Positions 11,321-25,119 of a DNA stretch of 64,000 nt are shown piece after piece. Positions within the stretch are counted from its first letter, which is position 1. Each line of letters begins with the position of its first letter. This DNA comes from Sphaerodactylus townsendi (taxonomy: Eukaryota): the NCBI RefSeq assembly GCF_021028975.2, contig NC_059431.1:68200001-68264000 (forward strand), read 5' to 3'. The notes under the pieces were generated by a model. The model saw only the letters and a list, made by a program, of their open reading frames with translations, did no database searches and was not told the origin of the DNA. A program made the position numbers and the translations under genes.

Positions 11321-13129
11321 GGTGGGGAAAGGGAACTCTGAAACTTTTCCTAAAAACAGCTGTATAGTCTATCGACACGTTACATAAGAGTAAGTCACAT
11401 CGGACTCAGCTTACTTTTAAGTAAAAATGTACTAGATCATGCCATGCAAATCTGAACTCAAAGAAAAAAGGCTGATCTAGACTGATTCTCCCATCCTTAA
11501 AAAAAAAAAAAGCCCAGACGGACACTCTCAAATTTGGGATGGTTTGTCATCTCACTAATGGTCTAAGTGACTGATGGGTGTGCCAGCGGGGAAGCAGGGT
11601 GGGGGGTCTATAGCAGGAATCAAGACATTCTCTCACCTGTGAAATTAGGGGCTCTGTTCAAACAGGTATCTTGTGTGATGAGACACATAATGATCTGACT
11701 GGTTTGGCAGGCTTGGAATGTGTGTTTGTAGCACATTCAGTCTTTCACAAATAAGGTGTGGAGTCTGCTTTACTACACTTTCAGACTTCACAAAGGAAAT
11801 AAATCAACAGACTAAACTTGCTTGCATGTCAAGGGTTAGTTTCAACCAGGTTTCTCATTTCATCTCACCTAACTTGGCTTCTCATTGCAGCCTCCATCTC
11901 ATGTAGCTTTTACCCATTCAAATCCCATGATTCTAAGCATAGCCTTTTCAGTAGTTGTAGAGAAGGGCTTTGATAGCCCTACAGAAAAATGGCCTGTCTC
12001 TTTAATAGGAGTTTAGAAGGATGTTATTTACAAGATTTTGTTATTTACCTCCATTCCTTTATTCACCAGTCCATTTTTACACATTAATCCTCTATTAAAG
12101 GGACAGGACATTTTACCCAGGCCTGTTGTCAATTCCTATAAAGGAAAAGAGCCCACTCCCCCTTCTCTTCTTCACCATAGTTGAATCCAGTCTAATTTTT
12201 TTTCTTCTCCACCCTGGCTAGTAGTCATAGATGTATATCAGTTTTATATCAATATTTCCTTCTTGGGGAATATTTCCTAAGATCTTTGAGTGGGAGATTA
12301 CTTCTCAGGATTAAAAAATGACATGATGCAGCAAAGGTGATATTAATGTAGATCTCAGCATACAGTTCTCAAAATGTGTGTAGACAAAAAATTAGCATTC
12401 AAAGAAGTTTAACTGTTTGCAGGATAGGGATTAGAAATTTATTTAGATATCTGTACCAAAGAAACCTATGATGAGACTACCCAAAATGAAAGGAAGCTAC
12501 AGCCCTGTTTTTCCAAGATCTCAGCAACGCAGTTAACAAAAGGACATTTGGGAAGTCATTAATTCATAGGGTTTCCATGTCAGAAGTGACTTGGGCCCCT
12601 TCCACACAGCAAATGTGTAATGGGTTGTAGTGGTAATAAAGGAACCCATTTCTCTGTTTTCCTGTTCACATGCGTTCTGTGCAAGCAGCGATTGGAGGCC
12701 ACGGAAACAATCCGGATTGTTGTTGTACCTTTGCACAGAGATGCTTCTCTTTTTAAAAAAAATGCCCTGCAACACATGCAGAGCTACGCAGGCAAGCTGA
12801 AATAAGCCTCCACAGCCATACTGTTGTCCCATCATATGACCGACTGCACCTGCATAGCCACACAGCTGCAAGCCTCAAAAAAAATTTAAAAGGAAAGGGG
12901 CTCCCCTGCATTGGTGAGTGGCTTCTCCCTCCCCATAGAAGACAGGTAGAAGGGAGGGCAATAAAGCGCCTCCTGCCTGCCTGCTTGGGAGTGGCTTGTT
13001 TAGCAATTTTCAAAAAACCTGGGTTGGGGGAAATAAAATGGGACAGACTATATAACCCAAAATGGACTGTGTGGAATGGGCCTTGGTAGTGCTTAAAACA
13101 CACTCGTGCACATGGTCTGACTTTTCTTT

Positions 13130-13285
13130 ACAAGGAAGATTCAAAGTAGTCTAGGACATCATTCTCTTCTTCTTCATTTTATCATCATGGCCACTACCCT
13201 GTGAGGAAGGTTAGGCTGAGAGAGTCTGACTTGCCCAGGGACACCCATGGAACTTCCATGGTAGGTAAGAAATTGAACTCAGGAT
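13130..13285 (-). mobile_element. Old CORE/MIR-like SINE fragment
   Basis: ccctgtgaggaaggttaggctgagagagtctgacttgcccagggacaccca, reverse-complement CORE. Confidence 0.6.
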
Positions 13286-13839
13286 GTTTTCAATAAAGGA
13301 ACAGGGTTGTGTAGTTTCCGAGTATCTGCTGCAACTGGTAATGCAGCACAGCAGTGACTGGGCTTCCACAAAGCAGGTTTCTTTGCCAGTTTTATTTTTA
13401 TAATCAGCAACTGAATAGTATTCTCTGAGTTCCCATGCTTCTTTTTTTTAAAAAAGTCTCTAGCCCATTTCATTGTGCACTTCCCCATATATCTCTGCAA
13501 GGAAGGAGTTAGACCCTAAAAGCTGGGGATTTAGAGACCCTGATGCATATTTTGGTATAAAAGTACATTGATGCTAATAAATCACCAATTAAAATAAAAG
13601 AAAATCCCCCTGCAATATGCAGAGGAACTAGTTACTATGGGGAAAATGACTGCTGTGTAGATGGAACCAAGGAAATTCGCACCCTAGAGGCAGCCACCCA
13701 GGCTTTCTTGTGCTCTTTCCCAAAACCTCAGAGCATGCAGTTCTGAGAAAAAATGGGGAAAAGCCAAGGAAATCCCAGGAGGTACACAAATGCACCATGA
13801 TATTGTTGGGAAGAAGGAAAAAATCCAAATACCATACAA

Positions 13840-14520
13840 TGTTGGAGATAGCGCTCTAGGTTCTGAAGACTCCTATATAGGGACCTTATTTGTTGGTTAA
13901 TTTTAATACATTCCTTGTCAAACCAAGAATTATTTGAACTTCTTGTATCTCCTCTGGGATGGTCTTTGCTTATCAAAGAGTTTGTCAATTAAGTAATTAA
14001 GTTGTCAAACAGCTCTATCCCCACTCCTGGACTTTTTGCTTTAATTATACCCGATTTTAAATTGGAAACAAAAGGCAATTTTATGGAAGATTTAAAAGTG
14101 GCCTCAATTTGTGATGACCACTTCAAACAAAAATGTAGATCATTGTTGATGGATTCAGGATTTGTGGTAGCCTCAACAGAAAGAGAAAACACTAAAGGGA
14201 GATGGTCACTCAAGGCATAATCATCGGCAACAAACTGGGAAATTGAACCTAAAAGTTGAGGTGAAACAAGGACATAATCTATCACACTACAACCATTGGC
14301 TGACATAAAAGTAAAGTCATCTGCATTAGAGAATTTTCTCAAACCATTCAACCAAAGTTTGTTGAAACGCATAGCAAATTTGGCTAAATTAAGACCTGCA
14401 AAATTACTGATTTGATCTTTTTATTGCCGAACTGCAGGAGTAAACAAAAATTGTATTACTTCGGAGTCACAAGTCACACTGTCCAATAAAGAGTACACAC
14501 AGTTGCCCACTCTAGCATAA
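13840..14520 (-). mobile_element. LINE fragment: C-terminal APE endonuclease and linker (RTE-X-like), disrupted
   Basis: ORFs 13989-14372 (FTFMSANGCSVIDYVLVS...LSDHLPL, APE motifs) and 13728-13988 (NSWFDKECIK) are separated by an in-frame stop. Confidence 0.8.
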
Positions 14521-15179
14521 TCCAAATACCATCAAACTTGGGGTAAATATTCCACGTAGAAACACCTTGGATCTATAAGATTTTAGTCTGACACTCCAAC
14601 CACTACATCGCATTATGCAATAAAATTATGGAGTTGCAATAGAGTTAGTTCTCCAAAGACAACAAAGGGAAGTACTTTTTGCAGGCTTCCTCTTTGTAGC
14701 ATAAGTCACTGATCTGTGGGACTTTTACAAACTGACCTAGGTTCATATGGGCCAAAGTACATGTTATGTCAAGGAGACATAATCACATATTCTGATGTTT
14801 CCTTTACAAGTCACCATGCAGGGGACAATGTTCCACTCCTGGAATTCCCATTTTTTGTCATAGGAAACAAAAGAAGATACTGCTGTAGCTAAAAGCACTT
14901 CTGTTGGAAAAAGGCATGAGGTGAAGGGTTTAGACACTGCCACCAGACACTGTCACAGTCCCAGTCCAAGCCAAGTGCTCCCTGGTTGCATATTTATATT
15001 AGAGAATGCATTGGGAGATCCAGTCATGGATATCTCAGGTATTGTTCAGTTTAGCCTTTGGAGTATTTCCCTTAAGTGATTGGAATCATTGCCTGGAGAG
15101 AGAAAAAATACACACTTTGTTTTTGTGCTTTTAACAGCAACCTTTTTTGATAGCACTCTATCAGCTGGTGCATCTATTG

Positions 15180-16044
15180 CAGGGGTCCCCAAACTACGGC
15201 CCGGGGGCCAAATGTGGCCCCCTGAAGGCATTTATCTGGCCCGCCAGGCATGGCGGCGATGGCTCCATTCATGGGCAGTGGGGACTCGAGGGAGAGGAGG
15301 AACTGGCCCCAACGGCCGTTGATTGCAGTTACATGATGGCACCCCCAAATCTCCATGCATTTTCTGACCCAGAGTTGGAAACCTTACATGTGGCAACGCC
15401 TGCTCCGCCCTTCCCTCCTCAGCTACTTACATGTGTTGCTCCTTCAGGCTTTCTGTTCCGCCTCACTTTCATTGGCATCAGCCAGGCTGGCGAATTGCTC
15501 GCTGGCAGCTAGGGAGGAAAGAACCCAGGAAGATACCTGATCCTGGGTTAGATGGAATGCTTCATTGGGAAAGTTCTGCTTATTTTTTTTTACAGGGGCA
15601 GGTATTCCACAGCCTCCCCAACAATATTTGGAGCCCACCCTGTACTTGACATACTTTGGTCACTGTTCTAAAAATAGACCATGACAGAAAGGCTGAAAGG
15701 TGAAATCAAACATTTTACAATCATTTGTGCATAGGAATTTGTTCATAGTGTTAGGGACAGGGCTTCTATTTTACTGTTATCTGTATTTGTGAGCTTCTGC
15801 TAATTCCTTATCTCCTTGGTGGGGCCCTGTTCAGGCTGCTTTATGAGTTTCGTTTCTTTCAACGAAAGTAAGTTTCTGAAGTGCTTAGTGCCCAGTGAAT
15901 TACACTTATATAACTTATATGATTAAATACAATGGCTTAAAACATTACAAACTATTTGTTCATATCAATAGTTTTTTTAGTCCGGCCCTCCAACAGTCTG
16001 AGGGACAGTGAACTGGCCCCGTTTAAAAAGTTTGGGGACCCCTG
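15180..16044 (+). mobile_element. Non-autonomous hAT (Charlie group, OposCharlie1/OC1-like)
   Basis: TIRs caggggtccccaaact / agtttggggacccctg; exact 8-bp TSD atctattg (15172-15179, 16045-16052); OC1-type subterminal text gtccggccctccaacagtctgagggacagtgaactggcccc. Confidence 0.9.
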
Positions 16045-17429
16045 ATCTATTGGCATGAAGGTCAGTAATATGAGAAAACATTACCAGCATGTGTCTATGG
16101 TTGTAGCCATATGTCACTGTAGAAATAATTCCCTGTTGGATGTCTTGTGTAGACAAGACAACCGAGCTGTGAATAATTACTATAATGCAACAACAGTGAT
16201 GTGTGGATATATCCTGTGGGCGAAAGGCACAAGAGTTTGAAAGATGTCAGTTCTGATGTCTAGTGCAACTTGGTGGTTACATGTCCCTTTAAAAGTCAGA
16301 AGACTGTGAAGACTATTAGTGGTGACATTTCCTGCCAAGTGCTTCCAGGACTCCAGTTATTCCCTACAATGTGGGAATGAAGGGCTGGCTTCTGCAGGAA
16401 TGAGGAAGAAGTTTGCTGGTGCTGCTCCATTAACTCAAAAAATTCTGAACATCTAATGTGAAATGTAACATTGTTAGTTGCAACCATAAGTGCAAGCGGC
16501 CAGGAAGAAAAAGCTGGGGAAACAGCCCACCCCCGCCATTCACCTCTGCTGACTATTGGTCAGCTTCCTAACTATTTCAAACCAGTGATGCTCTAATGCT
16601 CAGTTGTAAGGATTTGCTGGTTTCCTTGAGTATTACAAAACCTGGTGGTTAAGAAAAACAGCTAATGTTGATGGGCCAGCTGGCAATGAAGCCATGTAAC
16701 TGAGCCAGAGGAGCAGTTAAATTAATTTAACAAGGAAGTTTCAGAGGAATAGAAGATGGTTGGGAAGGGCAGATGGTTAGGAAAATAAAATAAGAATGAG
16801 GTTATCGGATGTGGCTAGGAAAAGAGAAAATACAGGTTTTGATGAGTAGGTATTGGAAAAAAGCGTTAATCCAAAGTACCCCAAGCAAAGACTCTGTGTG
16901 GTTATGAAGGAGAGGGGGATAGATTTTCTCCCACCATAGTCATCTAGAAAAATGTTAAATTTTACTTAAGACCAGCATCCATGATTGGAAAGTGAACATA
17001 GGGCTTTGCTGGGAGGTCCAACCAAACTTTGTGCGTGGGCATGGAAGAACCACACATACACTTGGAGGTTTCTTTGAAGCTTTCAGAGCAGCCCCTCTTA
17101 TTATTGAAGACAGAAGCCATTGCATTTGAAACGGAAAGGTGGCTTTCCTCTTCTGAAGAGTGAGCAGTCCAAACAAAATTTTCTTTAAAAGACTCCTGCT
17201 GTGCATGTGGTTTGTCCTGGTGGAACAGCTCTACTATGGGGATAAAAATATGTCTTGGATTCCACAACAGCACAGTTCAGTGGTAACCCTGACTGAAATG
17301 AAAAGGACAGGCATTCTAGAATGCTACCATTCAGTAGGACCCACAAGAGTACAAGGCAGTTTCTCAAGGAGATTTTGTAAATATTTGTTCTGCAACTCTA
17401 TAACCCCCCCCCCCTTTCTTTCTTTAAAA

Positions 17430-17625
17430 GGATAGCGTAGTGGTTAGGTTAGGATCTGGGATACCAAATCTGCACACTGCCATGAACCTTGCTGGGTGAC
17501 TTTGGGTCATTCAGTGTCTTTTAGGCCAATCTACCTCATGCAATTGTGAATATAAATTGGGAATGGAGACTCATGTGTGCTGTTCCTTTGAGGAAAGACA
17601 GAATTAAAATTTATTAGATAGATAC
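17430..17625 (+). mobile_element. Old CORE/MIR-like SINE
   Basis: agcgtagtggttagg head, gctgggtgactttgggtcattc core, ctacctcatg. Confidence 0.6.
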
Positions 17626-19733
17626 AGAAGTCAGTTCAAACATGGGTTTTAAGGAGACCACTGAATTAATCAGGAAAAGATATCTTATAAATGAGCTTTC
17701 AGTGTGAAATCTCTGTTTCTTAAGCTTGGGAGTGCTACTGCTCTGTAAATAACTGTCCTAGTGTGCTTGTCAGTGCAATTTTGTAAATACATTCTCAGTC
17801 ATGACTTCAGGCAAGTAGGCATTTGGGTGTCAGCTAGTGAAGGAGGAACGTAAGTGGAATCTCATCCAGGAACTTAGTTGTTTCAGGTGTGGAGGAAGGC
17901 TGGGGTGTTGACAAGATTTAACTGTAGTTCTTAGATCAAACTGTCTCTCAGTAAGATACTGAGATGGGGCATTTTCTATGGCATCAAAAGAACTTATTGG
18001 GTGGGCTAATACGATGATAGATGCTTGGCTTTGCTGTTCTAAATTCCAGAGTTTAAATCTCTTTAAGAAAAAAACATATCCCACCTGTATTAGGCATACA
18101 TCTCTCAGAATTTATGCTGGGTATCTGGAACACATGCTGGGTATCTGGGGCTGGGGCTGGGGGTGGAATTGGATAGGTGCACTTTATCATGCAAGAACAT
18201 TAAAAGAGGGTTCTGTGGAAATTCCATCTTGTGCTCCACTGTTAAGGGACAAGTAGTAACCTTACTGGTTTCTTTGTGACTTTCTAATAGTTCCTCTTCA
18301 GGGGCTGAATAAAAGTTACCAGAAACATCCATCCAGACTGGACTCTCTGCTTGCTCCCTAGGAACATCTAAACCAAAAAACATGTGATGTCATTAGGCTA
18401 CATATCTCTTCACCCCCTCCCAACATCCTTCCAGTCAATGATATGAGTCATCTACAAAGATATATACAGTGTGGTATAACATCATATCATGTTTGTATTG
18501 GATGTCACAAGGAAGGGAAAGAAAAGAGACTCAGAGAAGCAGCAGGAGCTTTGTGTCTCTGACACCCTCTGGTTTGGCCTTGCATCATCATAAATCATTC
18601 CTCTCTTCAGGGCTGCCCTCCTGAGATTCCAGAACTGTCCCAACCCTGTTTAATTTTCTTTTCCCCTATGATAAACAGGCTCTGTTTCTTCAGAATTTTG
18701 CTTCATTTGTCATCCATCAGACATTTAGTGCTTTACTCCTCATGCGTATGGATCCTCTTCAAAGCACAGGGTGGAATCCTAAATTGAGTTACACTCTTCC
18801 AAATCCCTCAACTTCAGTGAACATGGGGTGTAACTCTTCTCAGGATGGCATGGATAATAATCACAATGTCATTCTCTATTTTACAACTCAACAGCTCTAG
18901 AAAGCAAATCCATGCTATCAAAATGCCTTCAAAAATATAATGTGCCAAGACATCATTGTGCCAATTCTCCTTTCAGAGGGGATAATAATAATAAAATTGA
19001 CTCTGGACTTGTCAAGGGAGGATTCTTGATTTCGTCTCCTCATATATATAGTTTCAACTATCTTCCAGACAAGCTGAAAAGATAAAACTTAGAACAACTA
19101 AACAACTAGACATGCCCTATCACATATCTATTTCAGCAGGGCCCAGCATGAAAAGTAGGATTGCACCACGTTAGCCACTCCCTAGTTCAAGCCACAACTA
19201 TCAGTCAAGCCAGGAAGTCTCATGTCTTTAAAAATAATATGCTCCACATCACTTTTCGAAAGAAAAATCTAAGACTGCAAGTGCAAACATCTCTCCTTTA
19301 AGACCACACAGAGAGCTCTGTAGCCAATGCAGTATTTATCTCATCCAGAAATCAGAATGCCTATAATCTACATCTTCCAGCTGTCAAGAGGAGAGTAAGC
19401 ATGTGATGCTGTCTAGAATTTAGTGCTCTCCACATATCTTCCTGTGCAACAGGCACTTTTTGAAATACAGGTGTTTTTGGTTGACGTTTTGCTTCTACAG
19501 GTTAGGCCAGCTTAATCAAATGCTGTGAATTGGCTGCATCTGGAAGGACATGGAACACATTCTGTAAAGCTCAAAAATTACAATGAAAAACAATTTCCAT
19601 TGTGGCTATGTATGAAATCTATGCAAAGAAAAGAAATTGATCCGTAACAGTCCCCAGAATACTCAGTAGAACATAATAGTTCTACTGGAAATACATTCTA
19701 GGCTTCCTCTCTTTAGGAAGATGTTATTTATTT

Positions 19734-19734
19734 A

Positions 19735-19800
<66 letters not shown>
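19734..19800 (+). repeat. (TTAG)n microsatellite, probably the tail of an adjacent minus-strand L2-type 3' end (19800-19845)
   Basis: About 16 perfect ttag units followed by ttctataccgctctatcaccaaggggctctgggcggtattaca. Confidence 0.9.
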
Positions 19801-19801
<1 letters not shown>

Positions 19802-21057
19802 TCTATACCGCTCTATCACCAAGGGGCTCTGGGCGGTATTACAAGATGGCAGTGTTCTGCTCAGAGTTGTTATCTGTTGTGTAGTTGTTAAAAACACAAA
19901 AGCTTTGCCAGAGAGAAGAGGAGCAAATTCATCAGACTTTGCTTCAAAGATAATGTGCCCTCTCCCCAATCCCTGAAAGCTCCAATGCAATCTGCTCTGC
20001 CAGGGAGAGTCACATGAACAGTGTTGTTCGGGTATTAAGGAGCATTGCCTGTTTCTGGAATCCACATTCAAATTGGGCCACTATGTACCTGTACATTTTA
20101 AAACTTTGCTAGGAGCCTGAACACTGAATTCCCAGCACAGGACTGTTTTGGCCTTCTGTCTCCAAAAGGGTTCAGAAGTTGTTTAATGTGGCCCTTGAAT
20201 GAGAGTAGACAACTTATCTTTAACAACAGCTCACAACTCTAGAATTACCTGGCAAAGCTTGATCTGACACAGTGATAAAAATGTACCACCTGCTAATTGC
20301 TGCAGATCCAGTAGGTATTAGGCACAACTGCAGGGGCCCGATGAAAACAATTCTTACTCCAGGCACTGCAGAACCAATGAAATAAGCTGTCCTCTATGCC
20401 GCCCTTACTGTTCAGAAGGAACCGGTAAGCTCATACAACCAATTGGCTCATGGGGGAACGTAGATGTTACTTTCAAGGCATCTCACCTTCTGTCTGGCTC
20501 AGCACTAGACCAGTAGCACAGGAAGTTACCAGCAGATGTGCTGTGCATGAGAATTACCTAAATATGGATCTGCCTAGTCCTGTGTGTGAGCGCAGTAAAG
20601 AGCTCTTCCAAACAAATATATACCAAAAAGGAAAACTTATATTTATTTCAAGTAACTTCGGATCACAGGCATTGTTCCAGGTGAAAGGTAGATAGATGAA
20701 ACCTTAGTCTAAAGAGATAACTTGCCCTATAACAAGTGGGCATTCTATCATGCCGTCGCGTATGTGTGATATGCTTCTGTGGGAAAGCCCCAGCAGGAGC
20801 AGGTAGCCATTACCATTGTGCTCGGTACAAAGGAGAAGAAGAAAGAAAAATGGCTGCAGGGTGAAGAAGGAGTAATTGGTGGGCAGAGCCTAGACCTGGA
20901 GACCAAACAATAGAACAGCTGAAAGATACACAGCACCCCTCATTGTCCAGGCGTTCATAAGTCACTTATTCCAACACTAATTTGAACACGGAGGCTTTAT
21001 AATTACAGAAACTGGCTAACAATAAGCAAAAGGAGAAAATCTTTTCAGTGCTTCACA

Positions 21058-21496
21058 CATAGGCAAAGCTACAAGGGAGCAGGGGTGTGTGTGTGCCTCA
21101 CAATGGGTACATGCCTGAGGGGAACAGAAAATCGCTCCCAACTCCTCTCCCTTCCCCCACCCCCCCCAGTGACCCCCCTTTGCGCCCGCCCCCCCGATTT
21201 ACCTTAGTTCTTAGTTTCAGGTTTAGTTTCAGACTGAAAAGTGGCCTATTCTGTTCAGGATGAAATGGGCCCTTGTGGGAACTACACTATCCAGAAGACC
21301 TTGCAAGCCCCAAGGGATCCTGGGCAGTGTAGTTCCCATTCAGACTTTTTCAGCCTGAACTGAACAGGCTGCTTTTCAGCCTGAAACTAAGAACTAAGGT
21401 AAGGGGGGGGGGGGGGGGGGGCAGGAGTGGGACCCATGGGGGGGGGCAGAAAATGCAGAGTCTGCCCCAGCACAGTTTGACACAGCTACGCCTCTG
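21058..21496. mobile_element. Non-autonomous hAT-like element (CAGAGGCGTAGCT-type TIR) with internal hairpin
   Basis: Exact 8-bp TSD gcttcaca (21050-21057, 21497-21504); ends cataggcaaagct / agctacgcctctg; internal inverted ttaccttagttcttagtttcagg / cctgaaactaagaactaaggtaa. Confidence 0.85.
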
Positions 21497-21699
21497 GCTT
21501 CACAATACACTACACTGCAAAATAATAAAATAAAAATTAGAGAACCCAAATCAGGTTTTTCTGTTCTCATCACACAAAATACAAAGAGATGTTTCTTACA
21601 ACAGTGTTTTTAAACTATGGACAAATGTGTGACTGGACTCCCACATTTTATAAAGAAATCTTGCAGGACACACCCTTTGTTACAATTCTTCCGGTTAAA

Positions 21700-22800
21700 G
21701 AGCGATTAAATCATGAAATTTGGCTGGATAATACCTTTCCTTACAAAAGGGGCTCTTCAGTCAGCCGTTCCCTTCTAAGCTGTTCCAAGTCATCCTGACT
21801 TCAACAAGTTCACCCCTTCAACAATCAGTGCAGCAAACTGTGGGGCTCGTTTGGATCTAGCAGCTGTTCAACATGCTCTGCTGTAGGCCTCCCCACGTCA
21901 GTCCCTGTCTCCCGCTCCTCATTCTTTCATGAACTAGTTCTCTAAGAAGAGCAAAGGAAAAAGTTGTACAGTATACATAAGATGATGCACTTTATCCACG
22001 ATCTCTATATTTCATTTATAAGAGAGAGCCGTAGCATACGACAGACAAGCCAGATTTTTCGTCTGTTCCATTCCAAGGGCAGCACAGCTGTACAGTCAGT
22101 TTCCCCTCTGCAAATACGATTCCTTCAAGCCATATAGTATCCTTTACACCTAAATCTGCATAGCATAGTGTCCACAAAATGTGAACATGCACAATGTCCT
22201 GCTATGCAACACAGCAGCTTTTTCTCTGGTGCTTCTGCCTGTGCTTCAACCAGTCAACAGAACCAGGAACAAATTGAACTTCCAAATGCAGATGCCTTTG
22301 GAAGTGGTTAATCATGACTGTGACAGCTTCCAGGAGGAGACTAATAACATGGCTTTAGAAGATGAGCCGTTTGCAATCGGGTAAAATTATTTGGTGTACT
22401 AGTTATTGCTTTGGGGGTTGATCCAGCCAGAATGAAGCCATTTTAATTCCAAGGGCTTTAACAGGAGAACTGACACTTGGCAACAACAAATTCCAACTTT
22501 GTATAAAGTGTGCTTTGTTTCACTAAAAGAGGAGGAAAGCATATTTAAATGGCTATTTCTAGTGCAACCCCCACTGCACTTTTCAGGGCTAAAGAAGTTG
22601 GAACGCAGATGGTCTAGAATGTGCTTGCCTCTGTATACAGTGGGTGACTCACTCTGGCAGCCTGAGCGGTTACTTGCTTTTGCGTTGTCCCCAGTGGCAA
22701 GGCTCATACAGTAGTTCTGGCTTATGTCCTGGCCTTCTATGAAGCAGATGTACATGAATGCAGATGGGCATGTTTCAGTGCCTGTACTTTTATTGCTAGG
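21700..22800. promoter_or_regulatory. Candidate conserved non-coding block
   Basis: Repeat-free unique sequence with retained CpGs, CACGTCA and CAGCTG motifs, and no convincing ORF. Confidence 0.3.
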
Positions 22801-22959
22801 AACTGGCAGTTCAGTCCTTCTGTTGACACATTATTGAGGTTAAATGGCTGAGATCCACTGGACACCACACCACATGAATTTTGGTCTCTTACTGCACTGG
22901 CCTCAGGATCACTTAGATCAGTTCTACATTCTCCCCAAAGGCATTTTTATGCTTAGCTC

Positions 22960-23155
22960 AGTAATTTATACAGTGCTTTTCAAAATGCTCCACACACATT
23001 GTCATTTGGTAATCTTTACAACAACCCTGCAAGGTAGGGCTCTATGATTATCCCCATATTACAGATGATGCTGGAACCTCAGAGACAGCAGTTTACCTGG
23101 CCACATACTACAGTCATAACACAAGAGCCATTTCTTAGCTACTACACCACATCAG
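22960..23155 (-). mobile_element. MIR-like SINE
   Basis: ttacaacaaccctgcaaggtagg...attatccccatattacagatg, reverse-complement MIR core. Confidence 0.65.
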
Positions 23156-23248
23156 CTTATTTTGCCTTCTTTAATTTTATAGGATTAAATACACAAAAAC
23201 TATTGAAGCTTCTAAAACCTAGTAAATTAGTATTAAAACTGGTTTAGC

Positions 23249-24865
23249 CAAGGACGTAGGGGGAGGGTTCTCGGGTTCAAACCCTCCCCATTACATGTTC
23301 AAAGCTCCGCCCACCCGTTTGAGGGTTTGTTGTATTTTAAAGTGTTTTTTCAATCTTCGGTCTGCAGGGGACACAATTTTTAAGCTAGCAGCACCAAACT
23401 TTCAGGGTATCTTTAGGAGACCCTCCTGATGAGCCTACCCAGGGTTGGTGAAGTTTGGCTCAGGGGGTCCAAAGTGATGGACTCCCAAAGGGGGTGCCCC
23501 ATCCCCCATTGTTTCCACTGGAAGCTAATAGGAGATGGGGGCTACACATTTGAGGGTCCATAACTTTGGCCCCCATGAACCAAACTTCTCCAAACCTGGG
23601 TGATATCATCAGGAGAGTCTCCTACTGATAACATCTAGGTTTTATGAAGTTTGGTTTAAGGGGTCCAAAGCTATGGACTCCCAAAGGGGGTGCCCCCATC
23701 CCCCATTGTTTCCATTGGGAGCTACACATTTGAGGGTCCATAACTTTGGCTCCCCTGAACCAAACTTCACCAAAGATGGGTGGTGTCATCAGGAGGGTCT
23801 CCTAAAGATACCCTGAAAGTTTGGTGCTGCTAGCTTAACAATTGCACCCCTGACAGCAGGCACCCCCCAAATTTCCCCAGATTCTCCTTTTAAATCCATC
23901 CCCTTCAGCATGGATTTAAAGGGAGAATCTGAGGTCCCCGGTTTAAACATTGAAAGTGATGCTGTTTAAGGGTGGGGGAGAATCCACCCCAAAACAGCAT
24001 CTCTTTCAATGTTGTTTTAACTGGGGACCCCAGATTCTCCCTTTAAGGTGGATTTAAAAGGAGGATCTGGGCTCCCTAGTTTAAACATCATTGAAAGTGA
24101 TGCTGTTTGGGGGTGGATTCCAGCATCACAGCAGCCGACCATGGGGAGGGGAGGCACGCACGCAAAACTCTGATTTTGTACCAGGCTCCATTTTTCCTAG
24201 CTACACCTCTGCCTGGAGGAGAGGACAGAAGGGACTGCTGGCTGGGCACCCAGCCAGTGGGGGGGAGCGGGGCAGGGAATTCTGCCATCCCTGGCCTCGG
24301 AGAGCTGCTCCACTGGGCCTCCCAGGAGGCTCTCGGCCCGGCTCTGACTGGGCAGCGGGATGTGGTGGGTAGAGTGTCGTGCTGAGATTTGGGAGCCCCG
24401 AGTTCAAATCCCCAGTCTCCTGAAGAAGCTAGCTGGATGACCTTGGCCAAGTCACGTGTTCTCAGACTCTACTACCTTGGAGGGCTGTTGTAAGGATGAC
24501 AGTGGAAAACTCTGGGAAGAAGAATAGAGTACCCAAATGTGTTAGAGTGCTCCCTTCTCTTTCTTCTCTACTAAGCTCCTCCAAATTTTTATATTTCTGT
24601 TAATGTATGTTTATATCCTCCAAATGTTAACATTTTTGTAATGTTTTAACGTTTACACTTTGTAACGTTTTATATTATTGTATTTTTATAAGTATATAAG
24701 CCACCTTGAGTCCCTTTGGAAATTGGCGGGGTAGAAATGCAAAATAAAAAAAATAAATACTGAGGCTGGGGCAGGGCTTGGGGAGGCATGGCCACCCACC
24801 TCAGGGGTGGGTGGGGGCATGGCCCCGCCCCAACCCCCCATAAAAAACCTATACCTACGTCCCTG
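23249..24865. mobile_element. Composite non-autonomous hAT-like element, 1.6 kb
   Basis: Exact 8-bp TSD ggtttagc (23241-23248, 24866-24873); TIRs caaggacgtagg / cctacgtccctg. The interior has nested inverted and direct repeats, an internal second TIR (agctacacctctg ~24199-24211), a SINE fragment (~24355-24520) and an L2-like tail (~24685-24760). Confidence 0.85.
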
Positions 24866-24881
24866 GGTTTAGCTTCCTGAC

Positions 24882-25068
24882 CAGAGGCGGGGCTACCAGG
24901 GGGCAGGTATGTGTGCCATGCACCAAGCGCATGGTTTTGGGTCATGTGGGAAGGTGAGGGAGGGGCCTGGGGAAGGGGTCGGGGGGATTTTGCACCCCCC
25001 CACGTGACCCAAAACCATGCACACGGTGCATGGCACACACACACCGCCCCCTGGTAGCCCCGACTCTA
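24882..25068. mobile_element. Palindromic MITE
   Basis: Arms cagaggcggggctaccagggg...gcatggttttgggtca / tgacccaaaaccatgc...cccctggtagccccgactcta; no clean TSD. Confidence 0.65.
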
Positions 25069-25119
25069 TACTTCCCAGACCTTGTGAGCCCCAAGGACTC
25101 CTGGGAACTGTAGGAGCAT

